A stretch of DNA of 64,000 nt from Octopus sinensis (GCF_006345805.1 NC_043017.1:30690001-30754000); one strand, 5' to 3'. Counted from the first letter of the stretch, positions 37,615 to 52,600 are shown. The notes: generated from the letters alone by a model not told the origin. Numbers and translations: made by a program.

Positions 37615-37950
37615 TCCCTCCTCACCGTGGTGGAAACGCTGGCAACGAGTAGTGTCAGAGCTATGCCGTCGAGAACTTCGGTTCCTGGTAGGGCCACCCA
37701 AGGCGGATTGGTCTGACACCGAGTGGTATTAGGGCCACAACCCGGCAGACGGGTCTCTGGTGAAAATCCTCGAAGTGTCTGTTTCGGCAACCGTCGGCTC
37801 CTCGGTCGTTTTGTCCCTGCGTCTGCAGACAATCTGCGGCAAACAGGGTGTCTCTACATGTGGGATTGTTGGGGCCCGCTTGTGAAATCCACATATTCCC
37901 ATGGAACTTCTTCCAAGGAAGAAGCCCACTCAACCCGCCCACGGTGAATG
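37615..37950 (+). mobile_element. Probable RTE-clade LINE 5'UTR fragment
   Basis: GAGCTATGCCG...GGTAGGGCCACCCAAGGCGGA resembles a motif recalled from BovB/RTE 5'UTRs; GC-rich island. Confidence 0.55.
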
Positions 37951-38079
37951 TTGCTACAAGTACAAGTAAGTAACGCAGCCAGCCATCACAACATAATTGC
38001 TACTTTAGATGTCAATGTTATGGGCAGAATCGTCAGCACGCAGAACAAAGCGCTCAATGGCATTTCCGCTCAAGTGGAC

Positions 38080-38469
38080 ATTGCAGGTGGGGCTCAGTTA
38101 GAATTTTATTCTGGTCGAGTAGCCCATCCCACTCAAAAGGTACCTAAATAGTGGTTGTTTAAGGATGTTGAATGAAACACCCATGTTTCCAGAGGTGAAT
38201 TATTCAAACCGCAAAGAATCCCTCTCAACACACGGCTATGATGGTCCCCCACTACTTCTGCTCGTGATCACAGATGCACAGATCGTTAACCACTACGGGC
38301 TATACTCAACTTGTTAAGGTCAAACAACTGACCAGCAAATCTGTGGTACTGAGCAGAATATTTGCCGTAGCCCATCTTCTAAACCAAGACAAAACAATGT
38401 ACATGATAACACTTCCAATCAATTAAGATCAGAAGCCACGAGAGCCACTGTCCGGTACTGCATCAGAGC

Positions 38470-38500
<31 letters not shown>
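38080..38500 (+). mobile_element. Probable LINE 3'UTR or retroposon remnant ending in (TTA)n
   Basis: Higher-GC block ending abruptly in a (TTA)n tail; single copy here. Confidence 0.35.
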
Positions 38501-38503
<3 letters not shown>

Positions 38504-38549
38504 GTTGTTGTTGTTGTTTTTTGCTATCATCATCATCAATAATAATAAT

Positions 38550-38669
<120 letters not shown>

Positions 38670-39319
38670 GTAATAATAATCTGGTCTATAGCGCTATACT
38701 TACTTTTAACATCTATAATAATCCACTACCGCTATAAGACTTTAGTTCGAGAGCTATTCTAATAGATGGCAGTGCTGTCCAAAACCTAATTGTCATAGGT
38801 AATTACACTTGTAATAACCTTAAGAGATGGTAGAAAAAGAACTAATGGAGGCGAACATTTATTTCCACACCTGTTATATCTAATGTAATAGAATTAGTCA
38901 GCGTTATATAGCTGAACGATAGCGAAAAAGAAAGGAATCACAAATAGCTTGCGCTCAATCTATTTGTATAATACTAGAGATATCTATATATATATATGGA
39001 TGCTAATTAGATAATTCTAAGTACAGGAATCAGAACATGGTTTAAATAGCAAGATATTTCGGTATCTTTACGTATAACTTCGTTTTCCCTCCTTCGTTTA
39101 TTGGCCAAGGTTATATCGATTTGCAAATGCCGAGATTTTGAGTTGTTTCTTTTCGTTTTTAGCATTATTTATTCATGCCATGCTGGAAACAGATATCAAT
39201 ATGTAGATAAGAATATTAGGCAGCGAGTTGGCAGAATCATTAGAACGACGGGCAGAATAATTAGCCTTATGCTCTAAGTTCGAATTCCACCTAGGGAAAA
39301 TTTAACTTACATTTTTTAA

Positions 39320-39696
39320 GTGGCGTAGGAGTTTGCTTACCAACCACATCGTTCTGGGTTCAGTCCCAGTGCGTGGTACATTGGGCAAGTGTCTTCTACT
39401 ATAGCATCGGGTCAACCAAAGCCTTGTGAGTGGATTTGGTACACGGAAACTGAAAGAGAACCGTTGTATATATGTATGCGTGTATATTTTGTGTGTCTGT
39501 GTTTGGCACCCAACATCGCTTGACAACCTATGTTGGTGTGTTTACGTCCCCGTAACTTAGCGGTTCGGCAAAAGAGACCGATAGAATAAGTACTAGGCTT
39601 ACAAAGATTAAATCCCGGGTTCGATTTGCTCGACTAAAGGCGGTGCTCCAGCATGGCCACAGTCAAATGACTGAAACAAATAAAAGAGTAAAGAGT
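39320..39696 (+). mobile_element. SINE family A nested in an old SINE-B (39218-39295 and 39697-39790)
   Basis: B head upstream and B core/tail downstream of the A copy. Confidence 0.75.
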
Positions 39697-40341
39697 TGAT
39701 GAAATAAGTAGCATTTGAGCATTCGGGCTCATGTGATTGTCTTGCCCACTCCACCGAAATTGCTGGCTTTGTATCAAGACTGGAAAGCCCTTATGCTCAC
39801 AAAAATCTCTATGTTGCCACGCGAACGTTTGCTATAGTCTCAATCTAAACTCAAGTACATTTTACAAATACGAACAATGTCCCTTAATCTCAAATATAGC
39901 GCATTTCTTATGAATGTATGGTAAGATGCATCAAGGACAACAGCGGCTTTACCCGTTCGTGATTATTTCTCATAATACAGCAACGCTGAAATCTTTATTT
40001 AACATTTTCTCTTTACTTATTTATATAATTGATACTCAGTAGTGATATTGCCCTTAAAATATAAATGACAAAAGCAACTTTGGTGGTATTATGAACTTAA
40101 ACTGTACAAGCAATTTCTCTAAACACTATCATTTTTACCATGTTGTTATGAGCTATCACCTACAAATGCGATTAAAATGTGCATAGTACATGAATATATG
40201 GTAAGAGGTTTGAATAAAAAACCATACTTAGGAATTGAGTCTCACTATGTAGCAAGTGTGCTAAATGTCTCTGGCTATAGGCTATAGCTCCGGACCAACC
40301 AATGTCTTTCTCGTAGATTCGGTAGATCTTGACAAAAGCGA

Positions 40342-40406
<65 letters not shown>

Positions 40407-41344
40407 GTATTTACGTATGTATGTATGTATGCACACTAATATCGAGCTGTGAGTATGTGTGCTCACATTGATGTATAAATATTGACGATTTTGAGATTAA
40501 CAAGGATTAACGTACTTCTTCATATATATATTACCATTATTATTGTTTTCACTTTATCACATGTTTTGATGGGGCTCCTGGAGTCTTGCAGACGTTGTGG
40601 TCTTACTACCTGCTGCTTTCGGTACTATACAAGTTGTTCTTTTCAGCTATCTAATACTTCCCTGGTTATTCTAGCATGGTCGTGGTTTAACGACTTGAAC
40701 AATTAAATGATAAAAGATAATCAAAGCTCTTTTATGAAGAAATTAAGGTTTGAAATTTTAGCACAAAATCAGAAATTTCGTGGGAGGGCGTAAGTCGATT
40801 ACCATGACCCCAGTGCTAAACTTGTACCTATTATACTAAGGCCGTAATTTTGAGAGGCGAAGTCATCCTCGAAGGAAGTTAAATTGAGAACTTAAAGGCA
40901 TACCAAAATCTATTTTGCCTGATATGCTAACGAGTATGCTAGCTCATCGCCTTATGATATAAGATATAAAAGTAACACCAAAAAACATACACATAGAAAA
41001 TTCGTTTAGGATTCATGTACTTTATGGTAATAACCAATTTCGTATTTTTCATATATTATTCTATAGTTCCGGTAAAGTGTAGTGTATTGTGAGTCATTCA
41101 GGTTATGGAAAATAAATGGATTTGCTCCATTTTCCTTAATATCTAAACAAGAAATAATTAAAAAGTAAATTAATGGAAGGAAAACGTTGTCTTTATCTTC
41201 GTATCCAATTTGTTTGCAAAAAGACATTCATCAACGGATGGGAAAAATTTTCTGAAAACTACCCCCTAAATTTGTATGAGGAATGTTTGTGCATTATGAA
41301 ACAACAAATGCACACAGCGATGACAAGGGCAAATCAACATGAGC

Positions 41345-41410
41345 GATGACGACGATGATATTAACAATGATAATGATAATAATATTAATAATAATAATAA
41401 TAATAATAGC

Positions 41411-41451
<41 letters not shown>

Positions 41452-41495
41452 TAACAATAACAATAATAATAATAAAAATAGTAGTAATAATGATG

Positions 41496-41561
<66 letters not shown>

Positions 41562-41852
41562 TCACACGTATTGAAAAGAGCATTGTCGATGTGAGAACTG
41601 TTGCTCTTCATGTATTTTAATTTAACTAAAAAAAAAAAAAAAAAGAATGAACGAACTACTGAGTTTGGTTTAATGGCCTACCAATATACACTATGAGTTT
41701 CTTTGCCCTAGGAGTCGGGAAGACACTCGGCAAGAAATGGAAGAAAATTTGAAAGAAGAAAAAAAAAAGTAATGATAATAATAATGATAATAATAATAAC
41801 AATAACAATAACAATAATAATAATAATAATAAAAATAGTACTAATAATGATG

Positions 41853-41919
<67 letters not shown>

Positions 41920-42526
41920 GATGATGATGATGATACGAAGAAGAAGAAGAAGAAGAAGAATGTTTTTTTAATGATAAATATATCTTTTCTATAACAAAAA
42001 GGACGTGACCGCTACCATAGGCGGTGACGACGGCACTGATGATGACGGCGGCGACGAAACGATGACTACAACGATGACAATGACAATGGCGATGAAGACG
42101 ATGATGACGACGACGACGACGACGATGATGAAGATGACACACGATTACGACGACGTCGACGTTGATGATGATGGTGATAACGATGATGACGATGATGATA
42201 ACGATGATGATGGTGGTGGTGATGATGGTGAGGATGCTACTGATGATGATGACGATTATGATAATGAGTTGTTCTGAAGAATCAAATAGCTAAATGTGAA
42301 AGTATTGTAACTACAGTTTCAATTCATCGTCTCCAAATCCTGTGAATCCCATGAAAGAAATGCAAGCCAAAATTCTTATAAAATAGGGATGCACCGTGTA
42401 AAGTGGAATTATCATCATCATCATCATCATCATCATTATCATCATCATCATCCTCATCATCATTATTATTATGATGATTATTATTATTATTATTATTATT
42501 ATATCATCATCATCATCATCATCATT

Positions 42527-42576
<50 letters not shown>

Positions 42577-42725
42577 AGCATCATCACCATCATCATTTTC
42601 ATTATCATTTTCATTATCATTATCCTTTTCATTATCATTATCATTATCATTATCATTATCATTATCATCATCATTATCATCATCACCACCATCATCATCA
42701 TCATCATCATTACCATCGTCATCAT

Positions 42726-42780
<55 letters not shown>

Positions 42781-42826
42781 TCATCATCATCATCATCATC
42801 GTCATTATTATTATTATTATTATTAT

Positions 42827-42864
<38 letters not shown>

Positions 42865-42910
42865 GTATCATCATCATCATCATCATCATCGTCGTCGTCG
42901 TCGTCATCAC

Positions 42911-42944
<34 letters not shown>

Positions 42945-42948
42945 ATTA

Positions 42949-43001
<53 letters not shown>

Positions 43002-43065
43002 ATTATTTTTATTATTATTATTATCATCATAATCATCATCAGCATCATCATTATTATTATTATTG

Positions 43066-43096
<31 letters not shown>

Positions 43097-43150
43097 TATT
43101 ATTATCATTATTATTATTATTATTATTATAATTCTTCTTCTTATTATTAT
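41345..43150. repeat. Cluster of trinucleotide tracts (AAT, GAT/GAC, CAT, TAT)
   Basis: Direct inspection. Confidence 0.95.
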
Positions 43151-44247
43151 TGCTTTCGTTGATGATCTATCGTATAATGTTGATGATGTTAGAAAATTCA
43201 TAATTACGAGGACAGCTATTATAGTCATTATCTCTGATATTTAATTTGAGGTATAATCAAATATTTTCCCCCCAATGTTTCGATTGACTGCTACTTTATC
43301 AATCAAGGAAATTTTGCTCTCCATTTTATCAATGCGCCTGCGATTTCAAGGGTTGATTTTTTGGTTTACAACACAAGAAGCATTCAAATTAACATTTATT
43401 ATAATCTATTACAAGCCGACAGGTTGATTATTACTGAAAACCCGTAGATAATCTTGCTTGTAATTATTTTGAGAAAACTTAGAATACAAACATTTTTTAA
43501 TAGTTATGATTAAATATAAAACAGTAACGATTATTACAATAACATCGCGAAGGAGTAATTTTAACCATTTAAGATCTAAAATCAAGCCAAAATCATTTGT
43601 TTTCTTCACTTTATTATATTTTTACTTTTACGGTAGCTTTCTTTAATACGGATTGTGAAAAAGTTTCATCACACTTCTGGACATTGGTAATTCATAGCAA
43701 ACAATACTATTGTGAATATAACGGTTTTTGCGTGTTCTTGAATGACAAAAGTCACTCTTCGTCAATATAATTGTTTCAGTTTCAATGCAAGGTCTTAGAT
43801 AAAGTCATTTGCCAAAGAATTACAACTCTGAAAACTAATGCAATAATAATAATAGAAAGTGTCTTTTTGTTATAATGGATAAACCTTGAACAGTGTTAAG
43901 TAGTTTCGTAAAGAAATTAATCGTGTTTATTTCTTTTCATTCCTGATTAGTTTGCCAAATAATACATCTATCTATATTTATTCATGGCGAGAATATTCAT
44001 GAGATAATTTCACAGTAGAATTTGACATTTCTCTCAGAATTGTCCCAAATTAATTGACTGCTCTAATCAAAATTTGATAAATTATAATACAACTCATAAT
44101 ACGGCTGTATTAAGCTAATGAGAAAAGTAAGCCAAAGAAATGAATCACTTGTTTTATAACCCGTATGTTATTTTATACTTTCAACTATGAATAAATATAA
44201 GAAGAGACAAAAGCTAAACAAAATTATTTGTCCAACACAATCAGTTA

Positions 44248-44748
44248 ATTTCGGTGATAAAGTTGCCTTTACTTTTCTCGCTAGTTTTTGGCGTTAAATC
44301 AATGCTAAAAATATTTTCTATGTATTTTACTCCTAAAGTATTTTTGTTTTTTGCTTACAAAGTAAATACCATGAATACTTGGAAAAGAAAAAGATTTCAA
44401 AATGAGAATATAGAAATCCATTCTTTCTAAACAAGGCGAAATGTTGAAAAACCATCAATACCATATTTATGCCTAAGTCCCATAATGAACAACACTAAGT
44501 ACGCTTTCTACGTATGAAATAAACATAGTGGATTTCTCTACAAGTGAGACTTCCTCCGCTCTGATTCATAATCCTAATCCGATGCGATATAAATTTTGAA
44601 ATCATTTTCTTTTCCAAGTATTCATGGTATTTACTTTGTAAGCAAAAACGAAAATACCTTTAAAAATAAATACACATAGAAGAAATTTTTAGCATTGATT
44701 TAATGCCAAAAGTTGTCGAAAAAGTAAAGACAACTTTATCACCGAAAT
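44248..44748. mobile_element. MITE or fold-back element with ~155-bp inverted arms
   Basis: 44248-44403 is the imperfect reverse complement of 44593-44748; termini ATTTCGGTGATAAAGTTG / CAACTTTATCACCGAAAT. Confidence 0.75.
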
Positions 44749-45011
44749 AGTATACGATACCCGCCTTAAATGTAGTATTGAAGTTGCAGTTTTTTAGAAG
44801 ATCGGTTTTGAAGGAGTAGCCACACGGTCTAATGTCATCTGAGGAATGACAACTACCTTATATTTTCCATTGAGTCTATTTTCTTCCCTGATTTTATTAT
44901 AGGCACCGAATTAGTTTGTACTGAGATCTGAAAACAGTTTCACCGTCATTCCTATTAATTTGAGCAACGATGGACAGGGTGTTTCGTTGCTTCCAATGGA
45001 CTAGATAGGGA

Positions 45012-45312
45012 GACGCCCTTCGGTCATGAATGATCATGGGATTGCACCTAGAAAGTTCCCCTCCCAGGCACGAGTCCGGGCAAGGTTGTTTATGGAAGGC
45101 CACACCACTGATGCTTTCCCAGGGAAAGGCAAATGCTGATGCAGCTTGTCACCAGTGATGTCGCAACTCATTTCTACAGCTAAGTAACTGGATGAACGTG
45201 AAGTAAAGTGTCTTGCTCAAGAACAAAACACGCAGCTCTGTCTGGGAATCGAACCTCACGATTCCCAGACCGTAAGCTCGACGCTCTAACCACTTAGCAA
45301 TGCGCCTTCACA
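45012..45312 (-). mobile_element. SINE family C
   Basis: Homolog of 2706-3026. Confidence 0.8.
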
Positions 45313-48245
45313 ATGGACTAGATAAAGGTGTAGATATATGAAATATGAAGGCAATGCATTGACAGGTACTTAGGTTAATAGAAAGAATGTTTTGCACTAT
45401 TCGTTCCGGCGTTCTCCCCCCTGATTTCAGATCCACAAGGATTTTCGATCATTTTGAATTCATCAATTGTGTGCTAGCTCAGAGATGTGGATAGACAATT
45501 TGTTTGTTTTTTCGAGCAATATTATATAGTTTCTTCGTGGACTGAGTTCAAATTCCGCATGGAAATCGATGATGATGTTGATTCTCTTGAACGAGGACCA
45601 CTTTTAGCAACGAGTTGTCAGCGAAGGCGTGTAGGATTGAAAGCAGCATAATTAAGCTGGAAACGGCACAGTGAGTCTTTCTACAGCAGTGAATCGAAAA
45701 TGTTTGAGCGCTTGAATGTAGGATAAGGTAAAGATTCAAAAACTGACCAAAATATTTAAAATGGAGGCATTTGCACGTCTGATATGCAAGTAATTTAATC
45801 GTGCAAACTTTCGAAAATCATGTCATACGATGAGGACATAATGTGAACCGAAACCCGTGCCTAATGTTATACTGAAGCTAATAATAAAGTATATTGACCG
45901 AAAGTAGAATACCTGTGTTTATTTCAGATGATGTCCCACCAAACGACAAGACTTGAAAAACCGTCATAAAATGTACCATTTTACTTCTTTTTATTGTTGT
46001 CTCTATACAGTTTTGCTGCTTATTTTAGTGACATTCATCCGGATTTAACACCCACATTTTTGGGGGTTTTTTTCTCCATTTTTACACTTTTTACATCGCA
46101 TCACACAAATGAAGCTACGCTAAAAGCTCTCTGCTTTCAAATCAATATTAAAAACTACGATATTAATTAACATGCTCTTTTGTTTATTTATTTCTGTATG
46201 CAATCTTATATAACAGTCTCATAACTTCAACTTTCTACACGATTACATGCTTCGTATTTCCTGTGCATTACTTCACAAAATTCAACCGTGGTAAAATTAT
46301 TTTTCTCAGTGAATCTCTGAGAATGGAGTAACACATGATAATGATTCTTTCATTGAGTTCTTTGGTGGAACTTAGAAATAATCTTGATGTGAAGAGTCTT
46401 GAATGACATATCGGGGCGTCTGCATTAAAACGTTTCGCATTACATTAAGGCAATGCCTTGTTTGTCTAAGTTTGCATGATCTAGAAGACCAACGACTCGA
46501 TATGGCTGGTTAACATGGGAAAAGACGACAAACAGATACGTACTGCAATGTTAAAAGGAATAAATCCAATCTAGAAAATATGTGTGGACATTCTGTAGCA
46601 AATTACTGAACTACTTCTGAAAACCAAACGCTGAGCACAAAGAACAATCAATGCACAACTAGACACTCTTTTGCGATTCTGAGGACGAAAAAAAATATAA
46701 GTCGCTTACTCCATATTTTCGCGAAATATCATTACGCAATTATGGGATGGTGTGAGATCGGTGGGGAAGCAGGTATCACCGAATAAGATTTCACAAGGTA
46801 CTACATCTACGAATCAGGATTCTATGAAACAGCTTTATCACATGCTAAATGCATTTGTCTGCATTCAGTGATCTATTGTGATCGGTTTAGAGAATCGATC
46901 CACCTACTTTCATTGACAAGGAATAACTGGTAGACATTTGTCATTTAGTATTGCTACTTGAGGATGTTGCGTTGGATGCGACTGAAAGTTTCCATGCGAT
47001 ATGAAGAGTTTAGTGACATGGTGCTGTCGTCCTATCTATTCAATGAACTGTGGGATAGGAATGGAACGCATTGGCATTGGGATGGTATCTATGGATAATT
47101 AAACACTGAGGTACCCCCATTTCTATAAGTGATACTAATATGTCCAAACATTAACCGGGGGAAGATTTATACAACTTATATACTTGCTCTTTTCCTTTCT
47201 CGATTTATGGAAACATTTCTTATCGTTATATTGTTACTCTATGTCTTTATAACTAATTACTGTTCTATATTTATTAACGTACCTTCAATGTTAAAGTTGA
47301 CAGTAACATTTGACTTGTTGTACATCTGCTATACTTTCGTGTTTGATGTATTCTTTTATATATTGTCTTTGTTCTATTCCCGAAGTTTGTGGTAAGATCG
47401 TTCTTATACGAAATCATTGATATATCTGTCATTACTATTACTTCTGCATTTATTTATTATTTTTATTATTTAATATCTTTTTAAAACTTCATAGATTGTA
47501 GGTTCTAGTCTTTTGTTTAAGAAATTAACAACATGGATGTAGCTTACATGAAAAGAAAGAATATTTGAAAATTAATTTTTTAATATTCAAGACCTAGATG
47601 TAAAAATATTAGTGAAAAGCAAACAAATACGCAAAAGAGGTAGAAAGAAAGAAAAGAGTTAAAAAGAATTGAAGAGAATGAGAAATAAATATAGGGGGAG
47701 AGAAAGTGTGGTAGAGAGACAGAGAGAGAGAGAGAGAGTAGTTTGTGATGCAAGAAAAATATATTAAAAGAGACATGCTCTGAAGTGATGTTAATTATAG
47801 AATGACTGAATGATATGAAGCGAAATGGTAATTTAGAATAATATTAGATAGGTGTCTGCTTTTCACAAAATGTTATATCTGATGCTTAACCGTCAGACCA
47901 TGGTCTGCTGCAATATACTTGGTAAAGTTATACAATTTCAGCATAATATCCATTATCAACATCATTATAATTAATAGATTTCGCCCATCTTTGCGTGCAG
48001 AGTTCAAATTCCACCGAGGTCGACTTTGCCTTTCATTCTTTCGGGCTCGATAAAATGAATATCGATTAAGCATTACGGTAGATATAATTGGCTTACTCTA
48101 AGCCCCGGTCTTCATGGCCTTGTACCAAAATTTCTCGGTGATTTTTATTAATAGACTTCAGAGCGGCAATAATTGTGGTGTTATATGATGAAATCTAAGT
48201 TACTAAACATTGGGACATGTTAAAGTTCATTGAATTACCCAACGT

Positions 48246-48775
48246 GGTATTACTCCTTCCCACAATTCATTTAACGACTATTATTTTCTGCCAACTGTCA
48301 GAAATGTTAGCACGCCGGACGAAATGCTTAGCGGTATTTCGTCTGCCGTTACGTTGTGAGTTCAAATTCCGCCGAGGTCGACTTTGCATAAAATCCTTTC
48401 GGGGTCGATTAAATAAGTACCAGTTACGCACTGGGGTCGATATAATCGACTTAATCCGTTTGTCTGTCCTTGTTTGTCCCCTCTGTGTTTAGCCCCTTGT
48501 GGGTAGTAAAGAAATAGGTATTACTCCCTCCCACAATTTATTTAACGACCACTTATTTTATGCCAACTGGCAGAAACGTTAGCACACCGGGTGAAATGCT
48601 TAGCGCTATTTCGTTTGTCTTTACGTTCTCATTTCACATTCCACTGTGGTCGACTTTGCCTTTCATCCTTTGGGGGTCGATAAATTAAATTCCAGTTGCG
48701 CACAGGCGTCGACATAATCGACTGGCCCTCTCCCACAAAATTTCGAACCTAGTGCCTATAGTAGAAAATATTATT
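48246..48775 (+). mobile_element. Two tandem SINE-B copies, each preceded by the same ~45-bp flank
   Basis: GGTATTACTCC.TCCCACAATT.ATTTAACGAC at 48246 and 48517. Confidence 0.8.
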
Positions 48776-49079
48776 TTGCCGACCTCTTGTAATATTTGTA
48801 TTTCAAATCAATTTTATTCCCGCGATATAGCTGGCAAAGTTGTTAACTTACTGCGCCATTTCGCCTGTCTTTATCATCTGAGTTTAAATGCGTATTGTTT
48901 CTCTATATATTCTGTAAGTGAATATGTTTTTTCTGGTCTTATTCAGATATCACTTGCTCATACCGATCTACATTTTGTAGTCACATCAGCTTATAGACTT
49001 TCAACGCGATTCGAATTCACTCCTATCTCGTTGCCTATAAGGGTTCTTACTTGCAGTCAACATTTGCTGCATTTCAAGT

Positions 49080-49292
49080 GACAAGCTATCAGAATGGTTA
49101 GCACACCAGGAAAAATGCTTAGCGGCATTTCGTCCGTCTGTATGTTGTGAATTCAAATCCCTACGAAGTCGATTTTGCCTTTCATCCTCTTGGGATTCAT
49201 AACATAAATACCATATGAGAACTTGGGGCGATACAATCGGCCTATATCTCCGCCGGAGTTGCTGTCCTTGTGCCAAAAACATGAAAGCAATA
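49080..49292 (+). mobile_element. Old SINE-B (short-tail variant); similar relics at ~17320-17530, ~40780-40950 (-), ~47980-48130, ~50490-50700 and ~50720-50870
   Basis: Diverged homology to the B head and core. Confidence 0.65.
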
Positions 49293-49351
49293 TTTGAGAC
49301 TTATCAATTATAGAAAACCGTGTGATTATGTTTTGTAACTAGGCTGAGCAG

Positions 49352-49652
49352 GTGGAGGCGCAATGGCCCAGTGGTTAGGGCAGCGGGGTCGCGGTCTGAG
49401 GATCGGGGTTTCCATTCCCAGACCGAGCGTTGAGTGTGTTTATTGAGCGAAAACACCTAAAAGCTCCATGAGGCTCCGGCAGGGAGGAGTGGCCACCCCT
49501 GTTGTACTCTTTCGCTACAACTTTCTCTTACTCTCGCTTCCTGTCTCTTGAGTAACGCTGCGATAGAATGGCGTCCCGTCCAGCTGGGGGAAACACATAC
49601 CTCACAGCAACCGGGAAACCGGGCCGTTGAGCCTGACTAGGCTTGAAAAGGG
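49352..49652 (+). mobile_element. SINE family D
   Basis: TGGCCCAGTGGTTAGGGCAGCGG head with a B-box-like segment. Confidence 0.8.
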
Positions 49653-52600
49653 CGATTTCAGTCTCAACAGAAAGTGGAATGGCTTTCCTTTTGTAAATCA
49701 TTACATTATAGCATTTGGTCAAGTTGACGTATGACAATTTGGATTTTACCAAATCTAGATGATTCTTTCCTCCCGAAATTCGCTTATACTTACTATCGCG
49801 ATATTTCTCAATTCTTATGACACTGTATGATAGGATTATTATCTACTATTTAGACTAATTGTTTATGTGTTCGATGTCAATGAGCCACATTTTTATTCTC
49901 CAAATAATTTCTATTTCATGAACCTCATACATTCTCCAGTTGTATAATTTTACTTTGGAACGTTCAAGTCTTCTTGTATCTTCTGCAGAATCGTTTGATT
50001 ATCTTTGGGTTTTTTTTTTTTTTTTTATCTAATCTCTTTATTCTTCATTTTAGCTTTAGCTTTTAGTTGACGGCTTAACTGATGTTTTTCCCAATTGAAT
50101 TAATGGATCGCATCCCATTTGAATTATGCAATCATGCATCACTTTAATTTTAAAGATATTAACATTGTATTGTTCTGTACTGAAATACTTTTGAGATACA
50201 GCAGCAATCTCTTTTCCTTTGTAATTAGTATTTCCACTTCAGTCTTTCATTCCAGAACGATGTCGTTTAAGATTTACACAGTTTTGTACTTTATTTCGGC
50301 ACCTGATGATCTTGTTACCACACATGTTGCGATGTACATTATTTGATTTTAGGCTGATTATATTTATTTGCTCTGTAAATTAGTTCCATTGGATGTTAGT
50401 CTTGTTTGATTAGGATTCTGTTTTAGATTCTGTGCAACAACTGCTTGTAGCCTGTCTTTAATGCCTCTAGAATTTTCTAAGGCTGTGAGCTTGGAAAATC
50501 GTTAGCACGAATTCGAGAAATGCTTTGTAACCTTTGGTCCGATTTTGTTCTGAGTTCAAATTCTTCCGAGAAAAAAAACTCTGCTTTTCATCCTCTCAGG
50601 GGTCGATAAAATAAGTACCAGTTGAGTCCTGAATTTGATACATTCTTCTTATCTCCTCTCCCGGAATTGTTAGCCTTGCACCAAAATTTAAGATGAATAT
50701 TTACAAAAAACAAAAAAGCGGCGAACTAGCAGAAATGCCTCCAAGATCGACTTTAATTCTCATTCTATAGGATTGGATAAAATAAGTACCAGTTTTGTCC
50801 TGCAGTTGTTGTAATCAACTTATTCCCTCCCCGGAATTTGTTGGCCGCGTATCAACATTTAATACCAATATTTATAGAATTTTCTTGCTTCAAACTTTTG
50901 TTAAGTTCCTCTGTTGTATATTTTACGCTGTAAGATAAGTTCACCGATAATACGAAGAATACGTCTCTCTTATGCTAGGATTCTTGAGTTTGGAACTGTA
51001 TGTTCTTCATTAAGTGTAGCTTCCTCTAAGATAGCTTATAGGGTTTTATACTCTAGTATGCTGTATATATAATCTGATCTTCTGAAGTCAGTGTTTGGAT
51101 TATTATGCTGTCTGCATGGCTTTGTAGTATTATTTCACTTTAGATGAATTTCACTTTACATGAATTTCACTTTCCGTGAAGTCTTTTTCAGTTTAAGCTT
51201 TTAAATTATTTCCATAAGTGCGCTTCGGGCGTTTCATACAGTTTATAGTATTCCTCAGTGATTACAACTCTAATTTAACAGATTTAGTGAGATTATTATG
51301 CGGTATAGTTTGAGATGTCTTAGTAAATCAAGATTTTATGATATCCAGGCATTAGGACTGGCTCGTTTATATGTAATATTTTTATTAATTGTGTTGCTAG
51401 TGTGACCTACTGTGAACACTGTATTGCTAATGTGAGCAATGTATTCTTTATGTGTTATATTAGTGTTGCTAACGTGACTCATTGCGAAATTCTGACTCGA
51501 CAAAAATTCGATTGGTGAAAAACTCAATGCCGAAACGCGGGCCTTTTTGGTCTTCGCTTTTCAACATTAGAGAAATCATTTTCTTATATTATCTGTGAGA
51601 AGCATACACCAGAGAGTTTATAATATTACCCATGACTTGTACACTAACAACGCTGTCTATTTGTAAGTCGCATCTTTCTTGATTGCTAGTGATGTTGATT
51701 GATAGTCTAATAAATATGTAGCCTGCTTAGAAATTAACGGTAAAATTTACACCAAAACAATACCCATGATTATATGAAAATGTTATTCACAACATCCAAC
51801 AAAATTATTTCAATTACTAACATTTGGAAATTTTGTTACATTTTTTCTTCAGTGTCATATCTTATAGTCAAAAAATATATTGAATTCGCAATAGGTGTTT
51901 AGAAAACACATCTTTCTTATTGATGTCGTATTCTTAGTGACTACTGTTTGCCATCTTGTTGTTGTTGTGGTTGTTGTTGGTATTGGTGGTAGTGGTGGTG
52001 GTATTTCGCTTTTATTTACTCTGTTACTATTTTTGATATTGATTTGTTATTTGATGTTGAAATTCTCCTGGAGCTTTTAAACGGCATGCGTTCTCTAACA
52101 CTTTTCTATCGATCGCGCAAAGGATGGTGAAATATTTGAATCGGTAGGAATACCAAACAAAATTCTTTGCAATATTTAGCCACCTTCTTCGTTTTATCCT
52201 TGGGCTTCATAAAATAATTATTAATCGTATAAGTAAACTTGACTCAACGTCGACTAGAAGAACTACTACTACTACTATAACAATTATGCTGATGGGATGT
52301 AAGACATAGGTAGTGTGAAGAAGCCGACGTCTTAAAATATTCAGTCATAAGATCAAATCCTTTGAAGGTGGAAACTAAGGTTTAATATGAGGAGTTGTAA
52401 AAAAGTGTATTGATATTCTACAAAACGGTGTTTATCTGCTAGATAGTGTATATTCTAGTCTCGCTGCTGTTGTTGCTACTGTTGCTGATGATGATGATGA
52501 CGACGACGACAGACACGACGTTGATGATGGCGATGATGATGATGATGATGATGATGATGAATCACATGAAAATGGCGAAATATATTTCTAGGTGCTGTTT

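Noticed and set aside
37455-37947. Overlapping GC-rich ORFs as a host exon
   Set aside because: No recognisable domain or splice context; better explained as a retroelement 5'UTR.
51505-51545. CGAAACGCG motif resembling an HHR 3' half
   Set aside because: No intact core, stems or UH triplet.
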